From Myxococcota bacterium (GTDB lineage Bacteria; Myxococcota_A; UBA9160; PR03), in the NCBI GenBank assembly GCA_041611735.1, contig JBFIML010000009.1, positions 28,545-92,544 on the forward strand: 64,000 nt of DNA, written 5' to 3'. The notes beneath the pieces were generated by a model. That model was not told the origin of the DNA. It did no database searches and saw only the letters and a program-made list of their open reading frames with translations. The first letter of the stretch is position 1, and each line of letters starts with the position of its first letter. Shown here piece by piece: positions 1-13,264 of this stretch. Position numbers and translations under genes: made by a program.

Positions 1-500
1 TGCTGGCCGGGACCTTCCTCGCCCTGGCGGCTCTCGCCGCAGGGCTGTCCCGCAGCTTCCGGCCTTCCCGGCGCTGTCGCCATTGCGCCGCGCACCTGTG
101 CCCGCGCTGCCGCAGCGGACCGTCTCGGGGCGGGCTGTGCGAGGGCTGCGCGCGGCTCCTGCACCGCCCGGAGACCATCGACCCGGCCCTGCGCGATCTG
201 CGCGTCAAGCGGTTGCGCGCCCGCGGCGAACGACGGGCCCGCATCGAGCGGCTGGTGGCCTGCCTGGTGCCGGGCGTGGCCGGCCTGCTGGGCGGGCGCC
301 CGCTGCTCGCCCTGGTGGCCGTGCTCGCGTTCATCGGGGCGGCGGCGAGCGGGCTCGGGCCCCTGCATCTCGTGCCGGATCCGATCTCGGCCGGTCTCGC
401 CGGACGGCTCTGGTTCGGGACGGCGGCGCTCGGCCTCGCGGCGCTCTACGCCGTGGCGACGGGGCTCGCCCTGCGCTTCCCGCGGAGTTCCGCCTCGTGA
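1..500 (+). CDS. 3' part of a membrane protein with a Cys-rich (3x CxxC) putative zinc-binding segment; truncated by the window edge
   Basis: Frame 3 is open from position 3: CRHC..CPRC..CEGC followed by hydrophobic helices; stop overlaps the next start (GTGA 497-500). Confidence 0.75.
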   Translation, partial: LAGTFLALAALAAGLSRSFRPSRRCRHCAAHLCPRCRSGPSRGGLCEGCARLLHRPETIDPALRDLRVKRLRARGERRARIERLVACLVPGVAGLLGGRPLLALVAVLAFIGAAASGLGPLHLVPDPISAGLAGRLWFGTAALGLAALYAVATGLALRFPRSSAS

Positions 501-1606
501 CCGTCGCCCTGCATGGCAACCTGCGCGACTTCGGCATGGGCGAGGTCTTCCAGCTGATCGGGCAGCAGCGCAAGAGCGGGGTGCTCGAGGTGGGCGGCTC
601 CGGCGGCCGGGTGGAGCTCTGGTTCGACGAGGGCCGCATCGTATCGGCGATGCCCGTGCAAGCCGGCCACGATCAAGCCGCGCTCGGCGAGATGCTGGTC
701 CGTTGCGGCCTGCTCACCCGCGAACGCCTGGCGGAGCTCGAGACGGAACGCGAGCCCGCGCTCTGCTCGCTCTCCCAGCTGCTCGTGGACCGCGAAGTGC
801 TGGATGCCGACGAGATCGAGGAGATCGAAAATCTCCTGACCCGCGACACGATTTTCGACCTGCTGCGCTGGACCGATGGCTCGTTCGGCTTCGAGGCCCG
901 CGCGGCGCGCCACGCCCGCGACCCCGAGGCCCTGCTGGGCGCCGAGCAGGTCCTGATGGACGGGCTGCGCATGGTGGACGAGTGGCGCACCTTCGCCGCG
1001 GCGGTGCCCTCGGAGCAGACCGTCTTCCGGCGCGTCAAGAGCTTCGACGACTATCGTCGCTCCCGCGAGGAGGCCGACGCGGAGCGCCTGGCCCGCGAGG
1101 AGCGGATCTTCCTGCTGATCGACGGGCGTTCGAGCGTCCGTCGCGTGATCGACCTCTCCCGGCTCGGCACCTTCGAGGGCACGCGCGTGCTGGCCCAGCT
1201 GCGAGCCGCGCGGCTCATCGAGCCCGCGGCGCCGGCCGGGGCGCGCGACAAGCGGCGAGCGAGGGCCCGCGAGCCGGTGCGCCGGGGCCGACGTGCCACC
1301 GCAACGCTGCTCGGCCTCGCGGTCCTGGCCGGGTTGGCGGTGGCCACCCACGTCCGCTGGCCCGAGGCGGCCGGGACGGCGCCCGGCCGGGTGGAGCGCG
1401 ATGCGCTGGCCGAGGCGCGCCTGCGCTACGAGACGCGTGCGGCGCGACACCTGCTCGAGGCCAGCCGCTTCGGGCTGGGACGGGCGCCGCACGGCTTCGC
1501 CGAGCTCGAGCGTTGGGGCGGGGGCGCGTTGACGTTCTCCCCTGCGGGTCCCTATTATTATCAGAGCGGCGGACCCGGGCCGCTTCTTCTCGCCCCGGAG
1601 CACTGA
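497..1606 (+). CDS. DUF4388 (PatA-N-like) domain protein with C-terminal TM helix
   Basis: N-terminus ALHGNLRDFGMGEVFQLIGQQRKSGVL..LWFDEGRIV, LGEMLVRCG, LLRWTDGSFGF; GTG start coupled to upstream stop. Confidence 0.85.
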   Translation: MTVALHGNLRDFGMGEVFQLIGQQRKSGVLEVGGSGGRVELWFDEGRIVSAMPVQAGHDQAALGEMLVRCGLLTRERLAELETEREPALCSLSQLLVDREVLDADEIEEIENLLTRDTIFDLLRWTDGSFGFEARAARHARDPEALLGAEQVLMDGLRMVDEWRTFAAAVPSEQTVFRRVKSFDDYRRSREEADAERLAREERIFLLIDGRSSVRRVIDLSRLGTFEGTRVLAQLRAARLIEPAAPAGARDKRRARAREPVRRGRRATATLLGLAVLAGLAVATHVRWPEAAGTAPGRVERDALAEARLRYETRAARHLLEASRFGLGRAPHGFAELERWGGGALTFSPAGPYYYQSGGPGPLLLAPEH

Positions 1607-1628
1607 CCTCCCGCCGCGGGAGACGCCT

Positions 1629-2638
<1,010 letters not shown>

Positions 2639-2642
<4 letters not shown>

Positions 2643-3082
2643 CCGTGCGTCTGGCGGGGCCGCCGCGGCGGCGCGGCGGCCCGGCGCCGGACCGCCGTCT
2701 GCTGCGCCGGCGAGCCCAAAGGCTGCTGGACACGCTGGGCCAGCCGCAGGCGGAGCTCTCGGTGAGCCTCCTCGACGACGCCGCCATGGCCGAGCTGAAC
2801 GCGACCTGGCGCGGGCGCGACGCGCCCACGGACGTGCTGTCCTTCTCGCTGCTCGAGGGGCCCCACAGGCGCTTCCGGGGGCCCCTGCTCGGCGAGGTGG
2901 CGATCGGCGTGGAGACGGCGTCGCGCCAGGCGCGCCGGGGGCGCTGCTCCCTGGACGACCAGGTGGCGCGCCTCTTGCTGCACGGACTGCTGCACCTGCT
3001 GGGGCACGATCACCAGCGGCCGGGGCAAGCGCGCAGGATGCGGGCAGAGGAGCGGCGCTTGTGGCGGGTGCTGTCCCCGTGA
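2639..3082 (+). CDS. ybeY: rRNA maturation endoribonuclease YbeY
   Basis: PTDVLSF and [11 protein letters not shown] zinc motif; ATGA overlap with phoH. Confidence 0.95.
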
Positions 3083-4655
3083 CGCCGCGCGGACGGATCC
3101 TGGCGGGGCTCGCCTATGCGACGGCACTCTTCCTGGCCTTCCCGCACCCCGTGGGCGGGCGCGTCGTGGACGGCGGGCTCCTGGCCGGGTGGCTGGCGCC
3201 AGCCTGCCTGGTGGCGGGGCTGCGAGGGCTCGGCCCGTGGCGTGCCGCCGGGCTCGCCTTCGCAGCCGGCCTGCTGGCCCACGCCGCCATCTTCCACTGG
3301 ATCTACGTGGTGACGGTCGTGTACGGCCACGCACCCGTCTGGGCCGGTGTGGCCGCGCCCCTGGCGCTCGCGATCTACCCGGCGCTCCTCACCGCTGGCT
3401 TCGGGGCGGGCCTGGCGGGGCTCGCGGGTCGCGGCCGGGCGGGCCCCTTCGCGCTGGCGGCGCTCTGGACCGCCGGGGACCATCTGCGGGCCTTTGCGCT
3501 GACCGGTTTCCCGTGGGCCACCCTCGGCTATGCCCAGCACGGCAACGCGGCGCTGCTCGGCCTGGCGCCGTGGACGGGGGTCTATGGCCTCTCCTTCGTC
3601 ACGGTCCTCGCCGGGGCGGCCCTGGCCGACCTGGTCTCGGGCCCCCGCGTCGGCTGGCCGCGCCGGGAGGCCCGGGCGGCCCTCGGCGTGGTGCTGGTGC
3701 TGCACGGGCTCGGAGCCCTGGCCGCGCTTCGGGATGCGGCCGAGACGGACGCTGCCACGCTGCGGGTGGCGGTGCTTCAGGGCGACATCGACCAGGGGGT
3801 CAAGTGGAGCCCCGAGTGGGCGGAGCGCACCCTCGAACACTACGAGGGCCTCACGCGCCGGGCAGCGGCCCAGGGAGCGGCGGCCATCCTGTGGCCCGAG
3901 ACGGCGGTTCCCGGCTCCCTCACCAACCGCCCGGAGCTGCGCGAGCGCATCGCGGCCCTGGCCCGCGAGAGCCAGGCCCTGCTCGTGGTGGGCGGCGTCG
4001 GGGTGGTGGCGGACGGGGGCACGTGGCGCTTCTACGACAGCGCCTTCGCCTTCGCGCCCAGTGGTGCGCTGCTGGCGCGCTACGACAAGTCGCACCTCGT
4101 TCCCTTCGGCGAGTACGTGCCCCTGCGCGCCCTGCTCGGCCGCTTCCTGGGCGCGCTGGCCCGCGGCATCGCGCCGGCGGACGTGAGCGCCGGCCCGGCG
4201 CCCCAGGGCCTCGCGTTGCCGCATCCCGGCGGGAGCGGCGTCGTGACCGTCGGGGTCCCGATCTGCTATGAACTGCTGTTTCCGGACCTCGTCCGGCGCT
4301 TCGTTCGCGATGGGGCGGAGGTGCTCTTCGCGATCACGAACGACGCCTGGTACGGACGCACGGGGGCGCCGTACCAGTTCCTCGCCATGACGGCCGTGCG
4401 ATCCGCCGAGACCGGAGTCTGGACCGCGCGCGCCGCGAACACGGGGGTTTCGGCCATCATCGACCACCGCGGCCGGGTGCGTGCGCGGACGCCGATCTTC
4501 CAGCGCGACCTGCTGGTTGCGGACGTGCCGTTGCGGCCGGCCGCTGCGCAACGTTCCTTCTACGTGAGGCACGGCGACGTCTTTGCCGGGGCCTGCTGGG
4601 CCGCGCTGGCAGTCCTGGCCGGGCTGCCGCGCCGCGTCTCGAACCGGGAGTCGCG

Positions 4656-4659
<4 letters not shown>
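3079..4659 (+). CDS. lnt: Apolipoprotein N-acyltransferase
   Basis: Multi-TM N-terminus, [42 protein letters not shown]. Confidence 0.95.
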
Positions 4660-5801
<1,142 letters not shown>

Positions 5802-5805
<4 letters not shown>

Positions 5806-7280
5806 GCGAGCAGGAGCGCGAGGCCCGGCGCGCGCGACTGCGAGCGCTGCGCGACGCGGGCACCGACCCCTATCCCGCGCGCATCGGGCCCGTCGTCCCG
5901 ATCGCCTCCGTGCGGGCCGGCCACGACGGGAGCGATGCGGAGCGGCTCGAGGCCGAAGCGGTCGAGGTGGCGGTGGCCGGCCGGGTGATGGCGATCCGTT
6001 CCTTCGGGAAGCTCGTCTTCCTGCAGCTCCGGGAGTCGGGGACGGAGCTCCAGGCCAGCGCCCGCAAGGGCGGCTTGGAGGCGGAGGCCTTCGCCCGCGT
6101 GCGCAGCCTCGACGTGGGCGACTTCGTGCGCGTACGCGGACCCCTCTGGCGCACGCGCACCGGCGAGCTCACCGTGGACATCCGGGAGGTGACACTGGCC
6201 GCCAAGGCCCTGCGTCCGCTTCCGGAGAAGTGGCACGGGCTCACGGACGTCGAGACGCGCTACCGGCAGCGCTATCTCGATCTGCTCATGAACGAGCCAG
6301 TGCGCAAGATGGCGCTGGCGCGCAGCCGCGCCGTGTCGGCCCTGCGCGAGTTCCTGGACGCGCGGGGCTTCCTCGAGGTGGAGACGCCGGTGCTGCAGCC
6401 GATCTACGGGGGCGCTGCGGCACGTCCCTTCGTCACCCACCACAACGTCTACGACCAGGACCTGTACCTGCGCATCTCCGACGAGCTCTATCTGAAGCGC
6501 CTCGTGATCGGCGGGCTCGATCGGGTCTACGAGATCGGCCGCACCTTCCGCAACGAGGGCATCTCCCGCAAGCACAACCCCGAGTTCACCATGATGGAGT
6601 GCTACCAGGCCTTCGCGGACTACCGGGACATGATGGATCTGACCGAGGCGATGCTGCAGCACGTGGTGCGGGCGGTGACTGGAGGCACCCGCGTGGTCCA
6701 CCAGGGCCGGGAGATCGAGTTCGGCGGTTCGTGGCCGCGCCGTACCCTGCGGGACGCGGTGCGGGAGGCGACGGGCGTTGACGTGCTGGCGGCGGGCGAT
6801 GTGGAGTCCCTGCGCAAGAGCGTGCGCGAGGTGGGGCTCGAGGCGGACGGGGCGACCGGCTGGGGCAAGCTCGTGGACGATCTCCTGAGCCGCTACGTGG
6901 AGCCCCGCCTCGACCAGCCCACCTTCCTCACCGACTACCCGGTGGAGCTCTCGCCCCTGGCCAAGCGCTCCGCGGAGGACCCGCGGCTGGTGGAGCGCTT
7001 CGAGCTCTTCGTGGCGGGCATGGAGCTCGCCAACGCCTTCAGCGAGCTGAACGATCCGGACGACCAGCGAGCGCGCTTCGAAGCCCAGCGCGAGGCGGCC
7101 GCCGCCGGCGACATGGAGGCCCACCCCACGGACGACGACTACCTGCGCGCCCTCGAGCACGGGCTGCCTCCCACGGGTGGCCTCGGCGTGGGCGTGGACC
7201 GGGTGGTGATGGTGCTGACCGACGCCGCCACCCTGCGCGAGGTGCTGCTGTTCCCCCACCTGCGGCCGGAGTCCGGCTAG
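5802..7280 (+). CDS. lysS: Lysyl-tRNA synthetase (class II)
   Basis: PLPEKWHGL, RYRQRYLDL, YGGAAARPF, FRNEG..HNPEFT, GLGVGVDR; follows prfB. Confidence 0.97.
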
Positions 7281-7281
7281 C

Positions 7282-9123
7282 ATGCCGCCGCTGCTGGCGC
7301 GGCTGTGGGAGCTGGTGGGCACCCTGGGCGGCAGCTTCGCCCTCGCCTTCATCGTGCTGATCGCGTGCGGGATCCTGGCGATGACGGCGCTGTTCGCGGG
7401 GGCGGCGGTGGTGGTGCTGGAGCGCTTCGCGCGCATCGCCCGCCGTCCCGTGCTGGTGATCGGGGCGGGCGGCATCTGGGCGCTGGTGGTGACGGCCCTC
7501 GGGGTCCAGGCCGCCGCCCCGGATCTCCGCACGGACACGACGCGCGAGCTGGCCCAGCAGCTCGGGGCGGCGGCGGGGGTCGGGTTGCTCGCCACCGCGG
7601 CGGCGGTGGCGGTGACCGCGCTGGCCCTGGCCCGCCTGCGGTCGCGCAGCCTGGGGCGCCTGGCCCTGGTGTGGGTCGGCCTGGGACTCGCCCTGGCTGC
7701 GGGCGGGGGCGCCTGGCCCGACCCCGCCACGGGCGCGACCCTGCGCGCTGCCGCTGGCGCGCTGCTCGCAAGCTTCGGGATGCTGGTCGTGCTCGGCCTG
7801 GTGCCCCTGGCCGCCGCCGGCTTCCTCGGCGCCCGGGGCCGCGCCGAGTGGTTCATCGCCCGTCGCTACCTCTTCGCGCGCCGCCGCCAGACGCTCATCT
7901 CGGTGATCACCGCGATCTGCGTGGGCGGTGTGGCCGCCGGCGTCTGGCTGATCATCACCGTCCTCTCGGTCATGAACGGCTTCGAGAGCATCTGGCGCGA
8001 CGAGATCATCGGCAACCGCGCCCACTTCAACGTCTTCAGCGGGCTCGGCCCCTTCGAAGACTACCGGAGCGTGCTGGATCGCATCCTGGTCGTGCCGGGC
8101 GTGGTGGCCGCCTCGCCGTACCTGGACGCGGAGGGCATGGTCCGGGGCGAAGCCGGCGAGGTGATGGCGGTGCGCGTGCGCGGGGTCGATCCCGACCGCA
8201 TCGGCGACGTCACCGACCTGCGCGACGATCTGGTGGCGGGGTCCCTGGAGGCCTTGAGCCGGCCGCCGTCCGGGAACGGCGCGGCGGGCGACGACGCGGA
8301 GGCGGATCCGGGCATCGTGGTCGGAGGGCAGCTGGCGGCGGCCCTCGGGCTCTCGGTGGGCGACCCGGTCCTGCTCGTCTCGCCCTTCGGCGGCCCCCCG
8401 ACGCCCCTCGGCCCCGCCCCGCGCCTGGCGCGCTTCCGGGTGGTGGGCGTGTTCCAATCGAGCTTCTTCCAGTACGACGAGGCCTTCACCTACGTGAACC
8501 TGGACGCCGCCCAGAGCTTCCGCCGCAGCGGCGACCTGGTGGACGGTTTCGAGGTGCGCACCACCGACTTCTACCGCTCACGCCAGGTGGCCGCGTTGGT
8601 GGAGGCCGCCCTCGGCTTCCCGTACTTCACGCGCGACTGGAAGGAGTTCTTCCCGGCCTTCTTCCAGGCCCTGAAGACCGAGCGCGTCATGATGTTCGTA
8701 CTGCTCACCATGATCATGGTGGTGGCCGCCTTCGCGATCGTGGTGACGCTGGTCATGATGATCATGGAGAAGTCGAGCGACATCGCGATCCTGAAGGCCA
8801 TGGGCGCCGACGACGCGGCCGTCGAGCGCATCTTCGCCATCGAGGGCGCGCTGATCGGGCTGCTCGGCACGGCGCTCGGCGTGGTGGCCGGCATCGTGGT
8901 GACACGGCGTCTCGACTGGATCCAGCTGCAGGTGGAGCGGCTCACCGGGATCGACACCCTGCCCGCGAGCGTCTACCAGTTCTCCACGCTGCCCTCCCGG
9001 CTCGACCCCGCCCAGATCGCGGCGGTGGTGGGCATCGCCATGGGCCTCGCCCTGGGCGCCACCTTCCTGCCGAGCCGCCAGGGCGCGCGCCTCGATCCCG
9101 CCGAGGCGCTCCGCTATGAGTGA
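7282..9123 (+). CDS. lolE: Lipoprotein-releasing ABC permease LolC/E with extra N-terminal membrane domain
   Basis: [33 protein letters not shown]; followed by lolD. Confidence 0.9.
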   Translation: MPPLLARLWELVGTLGGSFALAFIVLIACGILAMTALFAGAAVVVLERFARIARRPVLVIGAGGIWALVVTALGVQAAAPDLRTDTTRELAQQLGAAAGVGLLATAAAVAVTALALARLRSRSLGRLALVWVGLGLALAAGGGAWPDPATGATLRAAAGALLASFGMLVVLGLVPLAAAGFLGARGRAEWFIARRYLFARRRQTLISVITAICVGGVAAGVWLIITVLSVMNGFESIWRDEIIGNRAHFNVFSGLGPFEDYRSVLDRILVVPGVVAASPYLDAEGMVRGEAGEVMAVRVRGVDPDRIGDVTDLRDDLVAGSLEALSRPPSGNGAAGDDAEADPGIVVGGQLAAALGLSVGDPVLLVSPFGGPPTPLGPAPRLARFRVVGVFQSSFFQYDEAFTYVNLDAAQSFRRSGDLVDGFEVRTTDFYRSRQVAALVEAALGFPYFTRDWKEFFPAFFQALKTERVMMFVLLTMIMVVAAFAIVVTLVMMIMEKSSDIAILKAMGADDAAVERIFAIEGALIGLLGTALGVVAGIVVTRRLDWIQLQVERLTGIDTLPASVYQFSTLPSRLDPAQIAAVVGIAMGLALGATFLPSRQGARLDPAEALRYE

Positions 9124-9826
9124 CGAGCTGGTCCGCGCCGAGGGCTTGCACAAGGCGTTCGTGGTCGGCGACCGGCGCATCGAGGTCCTGCGCGGCATCG
9201 ACCTGCGCGTGTCCGAGGGCGACCGGCTCGCCATCGTCGGCCAGTCGGGGGTGGGCAAGTCGACCCTGCTGCACATCCTCGGAGCCCTGGATCACCCGAC
9301 GGCGGGCCGGGTGCACTTCCGCGGCGAGGACCTGTTCCGAAAGAGCCCCGACGAGCTGGCGCGCTTCCGCAACCAGTGCCTGGGCTTCGTGTTCCAGTTT
9401 CACCATCTGCTGCCCGAGTTCAGCGCGCTGGAGAACGTGATGATGCCGGGGCTGCTGCGCGGCCTGCCCGCGCCGGCCATGGGTCGCCGGGCCCGGGACA
9501 TCCTCGAGGAGGTGGGCCTGGCGGAGCGCCTGGAGCATCGGGTAGGAAAGCTCTCGGGCGGCGAGCGCCAGCGCGTGGCGGTGGCGCGGGCCCTGGTCCT
9601 CGACCCGCCGCTGCTCCTGGCGGACGAGCCTACCGGCAACCTGGACGCGGAGACCGGCGAGCGCGTGGGCGACCTGCTGCTCGAGATGAACCGCTCGCGG
9701 GGGACCGCCCTCGTGGTCGTCACTCACAACGAGCGCCTGGCGACGCGCCTGGGCCGGATCGCCGCCCTGGAGGAGGGGCGCATGGCGGGCGAAGACTCCC
9801 GCAGCGAGCCCTCCGCGACGGTTTAA
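9116..9826 (+). CDS. lolD: Lipoprotein-releasing ABC ATPase LolD
   Basis: [39 protein letters not shown]. Confidence 0.93.
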   Translation: MSDELVRAEGLHKAFVVGDRRIEVLRGIDLRVSEGDRLAIVGQSGVGKSTLLHILGALDHPTAGRVHFRGEDLFRKSPDELARFRNQCLGFVFQFHHLLPEFSALENVMMPGLLRGLPAPAMGRRARDILEEVGLAERLEHRVGKLSGGERQRVAVARALVLDPPLLLADEPTGNLDAETGERVGDLLLEMNRSRGTALVVVTHNERLATRLGRIAALEEGRMAGEDSRSEPSATV

Positions 9827-9864
9827 CTCTCTGGATCCAAAAGGAAAACGGAGAGATGGCGGGG

Positions 9865-9893
9865 TTGCTTCCCGACCCCCACCCCTCTAGAAT
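9865..9893 (+). promoter_or_regulatory. Sigma70-type promoter upstream of bamA
   Basis: TTGCTT-17 nt-TAGAAT, preceded by an A-rich patch (about 9839-9848). Confidence 0.65.
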
Positions 9894-9972
9894 GCCCAGA
9901 TCCTGCGCTCCCCCGCGGAGCCTGCGCCCACTCCCTCGGAGGAACTGGTTGCCGATCCGCCGCTTCGCCGGG

Positions 9973-12900
9973 ATGCGTGCGCCCCTCGCGCTCCGGCTGC
10001 TCGCGTTCGTGGCGGCGCTCGCGCCGCGCGCGGTCGCCGCGGAGCCGGTCAAGGTGCTGGTGGCCGTGCTGCCCTTCCAGGTGCACAGCGGGCGTTCGCT
10101 GGAAGGCCTGGAAGAGTCCCTGGCCGACCTGCTGGCCACGCGTCTGGAGGCGAGCGGCGAGGTGCGCGTGCTCGACGCGGTGGTGGTCCGCCAGGGACTC
10201 GTGGCCCATGTGGCCGGGGAGCGCACCGACGAGGTCCTCCGGCGCATCGCGTCGGAGCTCGGGGCCGACTGGGTGGTGGAGGGCAGCCTCACGGAGCTGG
10301 CGGGTCGCTTCAGCCTCGACGTGCGCGTCACGCCGGTGGGCACCCGCATCCCGACGCGCACCATGGTGCTCACCGCCGCGGGCGAGGAGGAGCTCCTGGA
10401 GCGGGTGAACGAGCTGGCGGACCAGGTGCTGCGCATCGTGGGACGGCGCGAGTCGGACGTGATCGTGGCCGAGGTGCGCCTGGTGGGCGCCGAGACGCTG
10501 GATCCCGCCCTGCGGACCCGGCTGGCCACGCGGCCGCAGCGCGTCTACGCGGCGGACCAGCTGGGGGCCGACCTGGACGCGCTGCGCGCCTCGCCGGGGG
10601 TGCAGGATGCCCGGGCCGAGGTGGCGCGCGGCCCCGCCGGCGTGGTGGTCACCTTCCACGTGACCCCGATGCCCGGCGCGCAGGTCGAGCGCGCCATGCC
10701 GCCGCCGGCGGTCCCGGGCGAGCAGGTCGCCGAGGTGCGCATCCGCGGCAACCGGCGCATCGAGGCGGACGCGATCCGCGCCCGCCTGGCCACACGAGCC
10801 GAGGCGCCCTACCTGCCCGCCCAGATCGTCCGGGACGTGCGCGAGATCCACGCCATGGGCTTCTTCCGCGACGTGCGCGTGCTCACCGAGGCGTCGGAGG
10901 CCGGTCGTGTGGTCATCTTCGAGGTGGAGGAGAGCCCGGTGGTCCGGCAGATCACCATCACCGGCAACGACGCCCTCGACTCCTCCCGCATCCGCGACGA
11001 GCTGACCCTCACCACCGGCTCCACCCTCGATCACCCGCTGCTGTTCGAGAACCGCGAGCGCATCCAGGCCCTCTACCGGGCCCAGGGCTACTACCTGGCC
11101 CGGGTGGGGTATACGATCGAGCCCCTGGCGGGCGAGGCGGTGGCGATCCACTTCGAAGTCACCGAGGGCAAGAAGCTGCGCTTGCGCAGGATCGGGTTCC
11201 TCGGCAACGAACACTTCAGCGACGAGGAGCTCAGGGAGGGGCTCAAGACCAAGCCCTGGCGCTTCTACTCCCACGTGACGCGCTTCCTGGACAATTCCGG
11301 GACCTACGCCGAGCCCGTCTTTCTCCAGGACCTGCAGACCGTGGAGCGCAAGTACCTGGACGCCGGCCTCCTGCAGGTGGAGCTGGAGGAGCCCCGCGTG
11401 GAGGCCGACCAGGACGGGCTCGTGGTGAGCGTCCGGGTGCGCGAGGGCCGGCGCTTCCGGGTCGGAGCCCTCGACGTGCGCGGCGATCCGACCGTGGATC
11501 TCGACGCGTTGCGCGAAGAGCTCTCGCTCGTGGAGGGCGAATGGTTCAACCGCTCCTACCTCACCCAGGACGTGGAGACGCTCACGCGTCGCTACACGGA
11601 TCGCGGCTTCTACTTCGCCAGCGTGAATCCGGTCACGAACCTCTCCGAGGAGGAGCTGACCGTCGACGTGAATTTCGAGGTGGAAAAAGGCCCGCTGTAC
11701 TTCGTGCGCGAGATCGAGATCGCCGGTAATACGCGCACCGTGGACCCGGTGATCCGGCGCGAGATGCAGCTGGTCGAAGGCCAGCTCTACTCGGCCCGCG
11801 CGCTCCAGGTGAGCCAGGGGCGCATCCGCGGCCTCGGCTTCTTCGAGGAGGTGAACTTCGAGCCAAAGCCCACGGATCTGCCCGACCAGCTCGACGTGGA
11901 CGTGAAGGTGGTGGAGCGGCCCACCGGCTCGTTGAGCTTCGGCGCCGGATTCTCGTCCCAGGACCGCCTGGTGCTGACCGGGAGCGTGGCCCAGGCGAAC
12001 CTGTTCGGGCGCGGCTACGGCCTGCAGGCCTCCGTGGACACGGGCGGCCGCTCGGACCGCTTCTACCTGTCCTTCTCGAACCCGTACTGGCTGGGCACGA
12101 GCTTCAGCCTGGCGACGACGCTGTTCCGCACCAGCATCCGCTTCGAGGACTTCGAACAGGAGCAGGAGGGGGTCGACCTCACCCTGGGCCACGCCCTCGA
12201 CGAAGAGAACCGCTCCCGCGGGTTCTGGCGCTACAGCTGGGCGAATCGGGAGATCGACGAGGACACCCGGGTGAACGCCGCGTCGCTGATCCTGCGCCAG
12301 ATCCTGTCGGGGGCGCAGTCCACCAGCCTGACGGCGCTCTCGTTCCGCACCGACACGCGCGACGATCGCGTGCTCCCCACCGAGGGCTACCAGCTGGCCG
12401 GGTCGCTGGAGTTCGCCGGGCTCGGGGGCTTCGCCGAGTTCCTGCGCTTGGAGGGCCGCGCCTACTGGTACCGCAAGGTGCCGGAGCTGCGTTGGCTGCC
12501 GCTGCCCTTCGAGGACCGCTCCACGGTCATGCTGGCGGCGCGCTTCGGCTGGTCGCTTCCCTTCAACGACATCGCCGACTACGATCTGCCGGAGCGCGGC
12601 CCGCTCACCTGCGTCTCCGAGCAGGCCTGCCCCATCGATCTGATCGACGACGACCTCGAGCTGCCGCTGACCGAGCGCTACTTCCTGGGCGGCCTCGGCA
12701 CCTTCCAGCTACGGGGCTTCCGGGCCCGCTCGGTGGGCCCGCGCCGGCCGATCCTGTACAACACGACCTTCGGCGGGGCGCTGGGCCTGGACAGCCGTGG
12801 ACCGTACGCTCCGCTCGGGCGAGACCAGGCCGGCGTCTGCAAGGACACGGCCCTGGAGCAGGGCAACAACGACGGCATCTGCAACGACCTGGACGACGAG

Positions 12901-13221
12901 GATACCGACGACTTCGAGGACCTGGAGCAGACCGACGTGATCGGGGGCAACAAGTTCGTGTCGATGACCGCCGAGTACCGCTTCCCGATCTCCGAGGCGC
13001 TCGGCCTGGTCGGCATCTTCTTCCTGGACACGGGCAACGCCTTCGACGAGAACCAGAACGTCTTCGACGTGGGCAAGTGGCGCTTCGGAACCGGGGCGGG
13101 CGTGCTCTGGTTCTCGCCCTTCGGCCCGATCCAGGCCTTCTGGGGCGTTCCGCTCGATCCGCTCGAGGACGTCGAGGACGCCTCCGTCTTCGAGTTCTCC
13201 GTGGGTGGGGCCGGCTTCTAG
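9973..13221 (+). CDS. bamA: Outer membrane assembly factor BamA with N-terminal extension
   Basis: Signal peptide, POTRA repeats (IRGNRRI, IAGNTRT), LRGF lid-lock, WFSPFGP, C-terminal F; followed by skp. Start codon is a best estimate. Confidence 0.95.
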   Translation: MRAPLALRLLAFVAALAPRAVAAEPVKVLVAVLPFQVHSGRSLEGLEESLADLLATRLEASGEVRVLDAVVVRQGLVAHVAGERTDEVLRRIASELGADWVVEGSLTELAGRFSLDVRVTPVGTRIPTRTMVLTAAGEEELLERVNELADQVLRIVGRRESDVIVAEVRLVGAETLDPALRTRLATRPQRVYAADQLGADLDALRASPGVQDARAEVARGPAGVVVTFHVTPMPGAQVERAMPPPAVPGEQVAEVRIRGNRRIEADAIRARLATRAEAPYLPAQIVRDVREIHAMGFFRDVRVLTEASEAGRVVIFEVEESPVVRQITITGNDALDSSRIRDELTLTTGSTLDHPLLFENRERIQALYRAQGYYLARVGYTIEPLAGEAVAIHFEVTEGKKLRLRRIGFLGNEHFSDEELREGLKTKPWRFYSHVTRFLDNSGTYAEPVFLQDLQTVERKYLDAGLLQVELEEPRVEADQDGLVVSVRVREGRRFRVGALDVRGDPTVDLDALREELSLVEGEWFNRSYLTQDVETLTRRYTDRGFYFASVNPVTNLSEEELTVDVNFEVEKGPLYFVREIEIAGNTRTVDPVIRREMQLVEGQLYSARALQVSQGRIRGLGFFEEVNFEPKPTDLPDQLDVDVKVVERPTGSLSFGAGFSSQDRLVLTGSVAQANLFGRGYGLQASVDTGGRSDRFYLSFSNPYWLGTSFSLATTLFRTSIRFEDFEQEQEGVDLTLGHALDEENRSRGFWRYSWANREIDEDTRVNAASLILRQILSGAQSTSLTALSFRTDTRDDRVLPTEGYQLAGSLEFAGLGGFAEFLRLEGRAYWYRKVPELRWLPLPFEDRSTVMLAARFGWSLPFNDIADYDLPERGPLTCVSEQACPIDLIDDDLELPLTERYFLGGLGTFQLRGFRARSVGPRRPILYNTTFGGALGLDSRGPYAPLGRDQAGVCKDTALEQGNNDGICNDLDDEDTDDFEDLEQTDVIGGNKFVSMTAEYRFPISEALGLVGIFFLDTGNAFDENQNVFDVGKWRFGTGAGVLWFSPFGPIQAFWGVPLDPLEDVEDASVFEFSVGGAGF

Positions 13222-13264
13222 GCAGCTTCGGGTCTTCGGGACCGGAGGAGGGATCGAACAAGTC

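Noticed and set aside
9376..9972. Longer BamA N-terminus in the ORF track
   Set aside because: Overlaps lolD and the bamA promoter; the signal peptide begins near 9973
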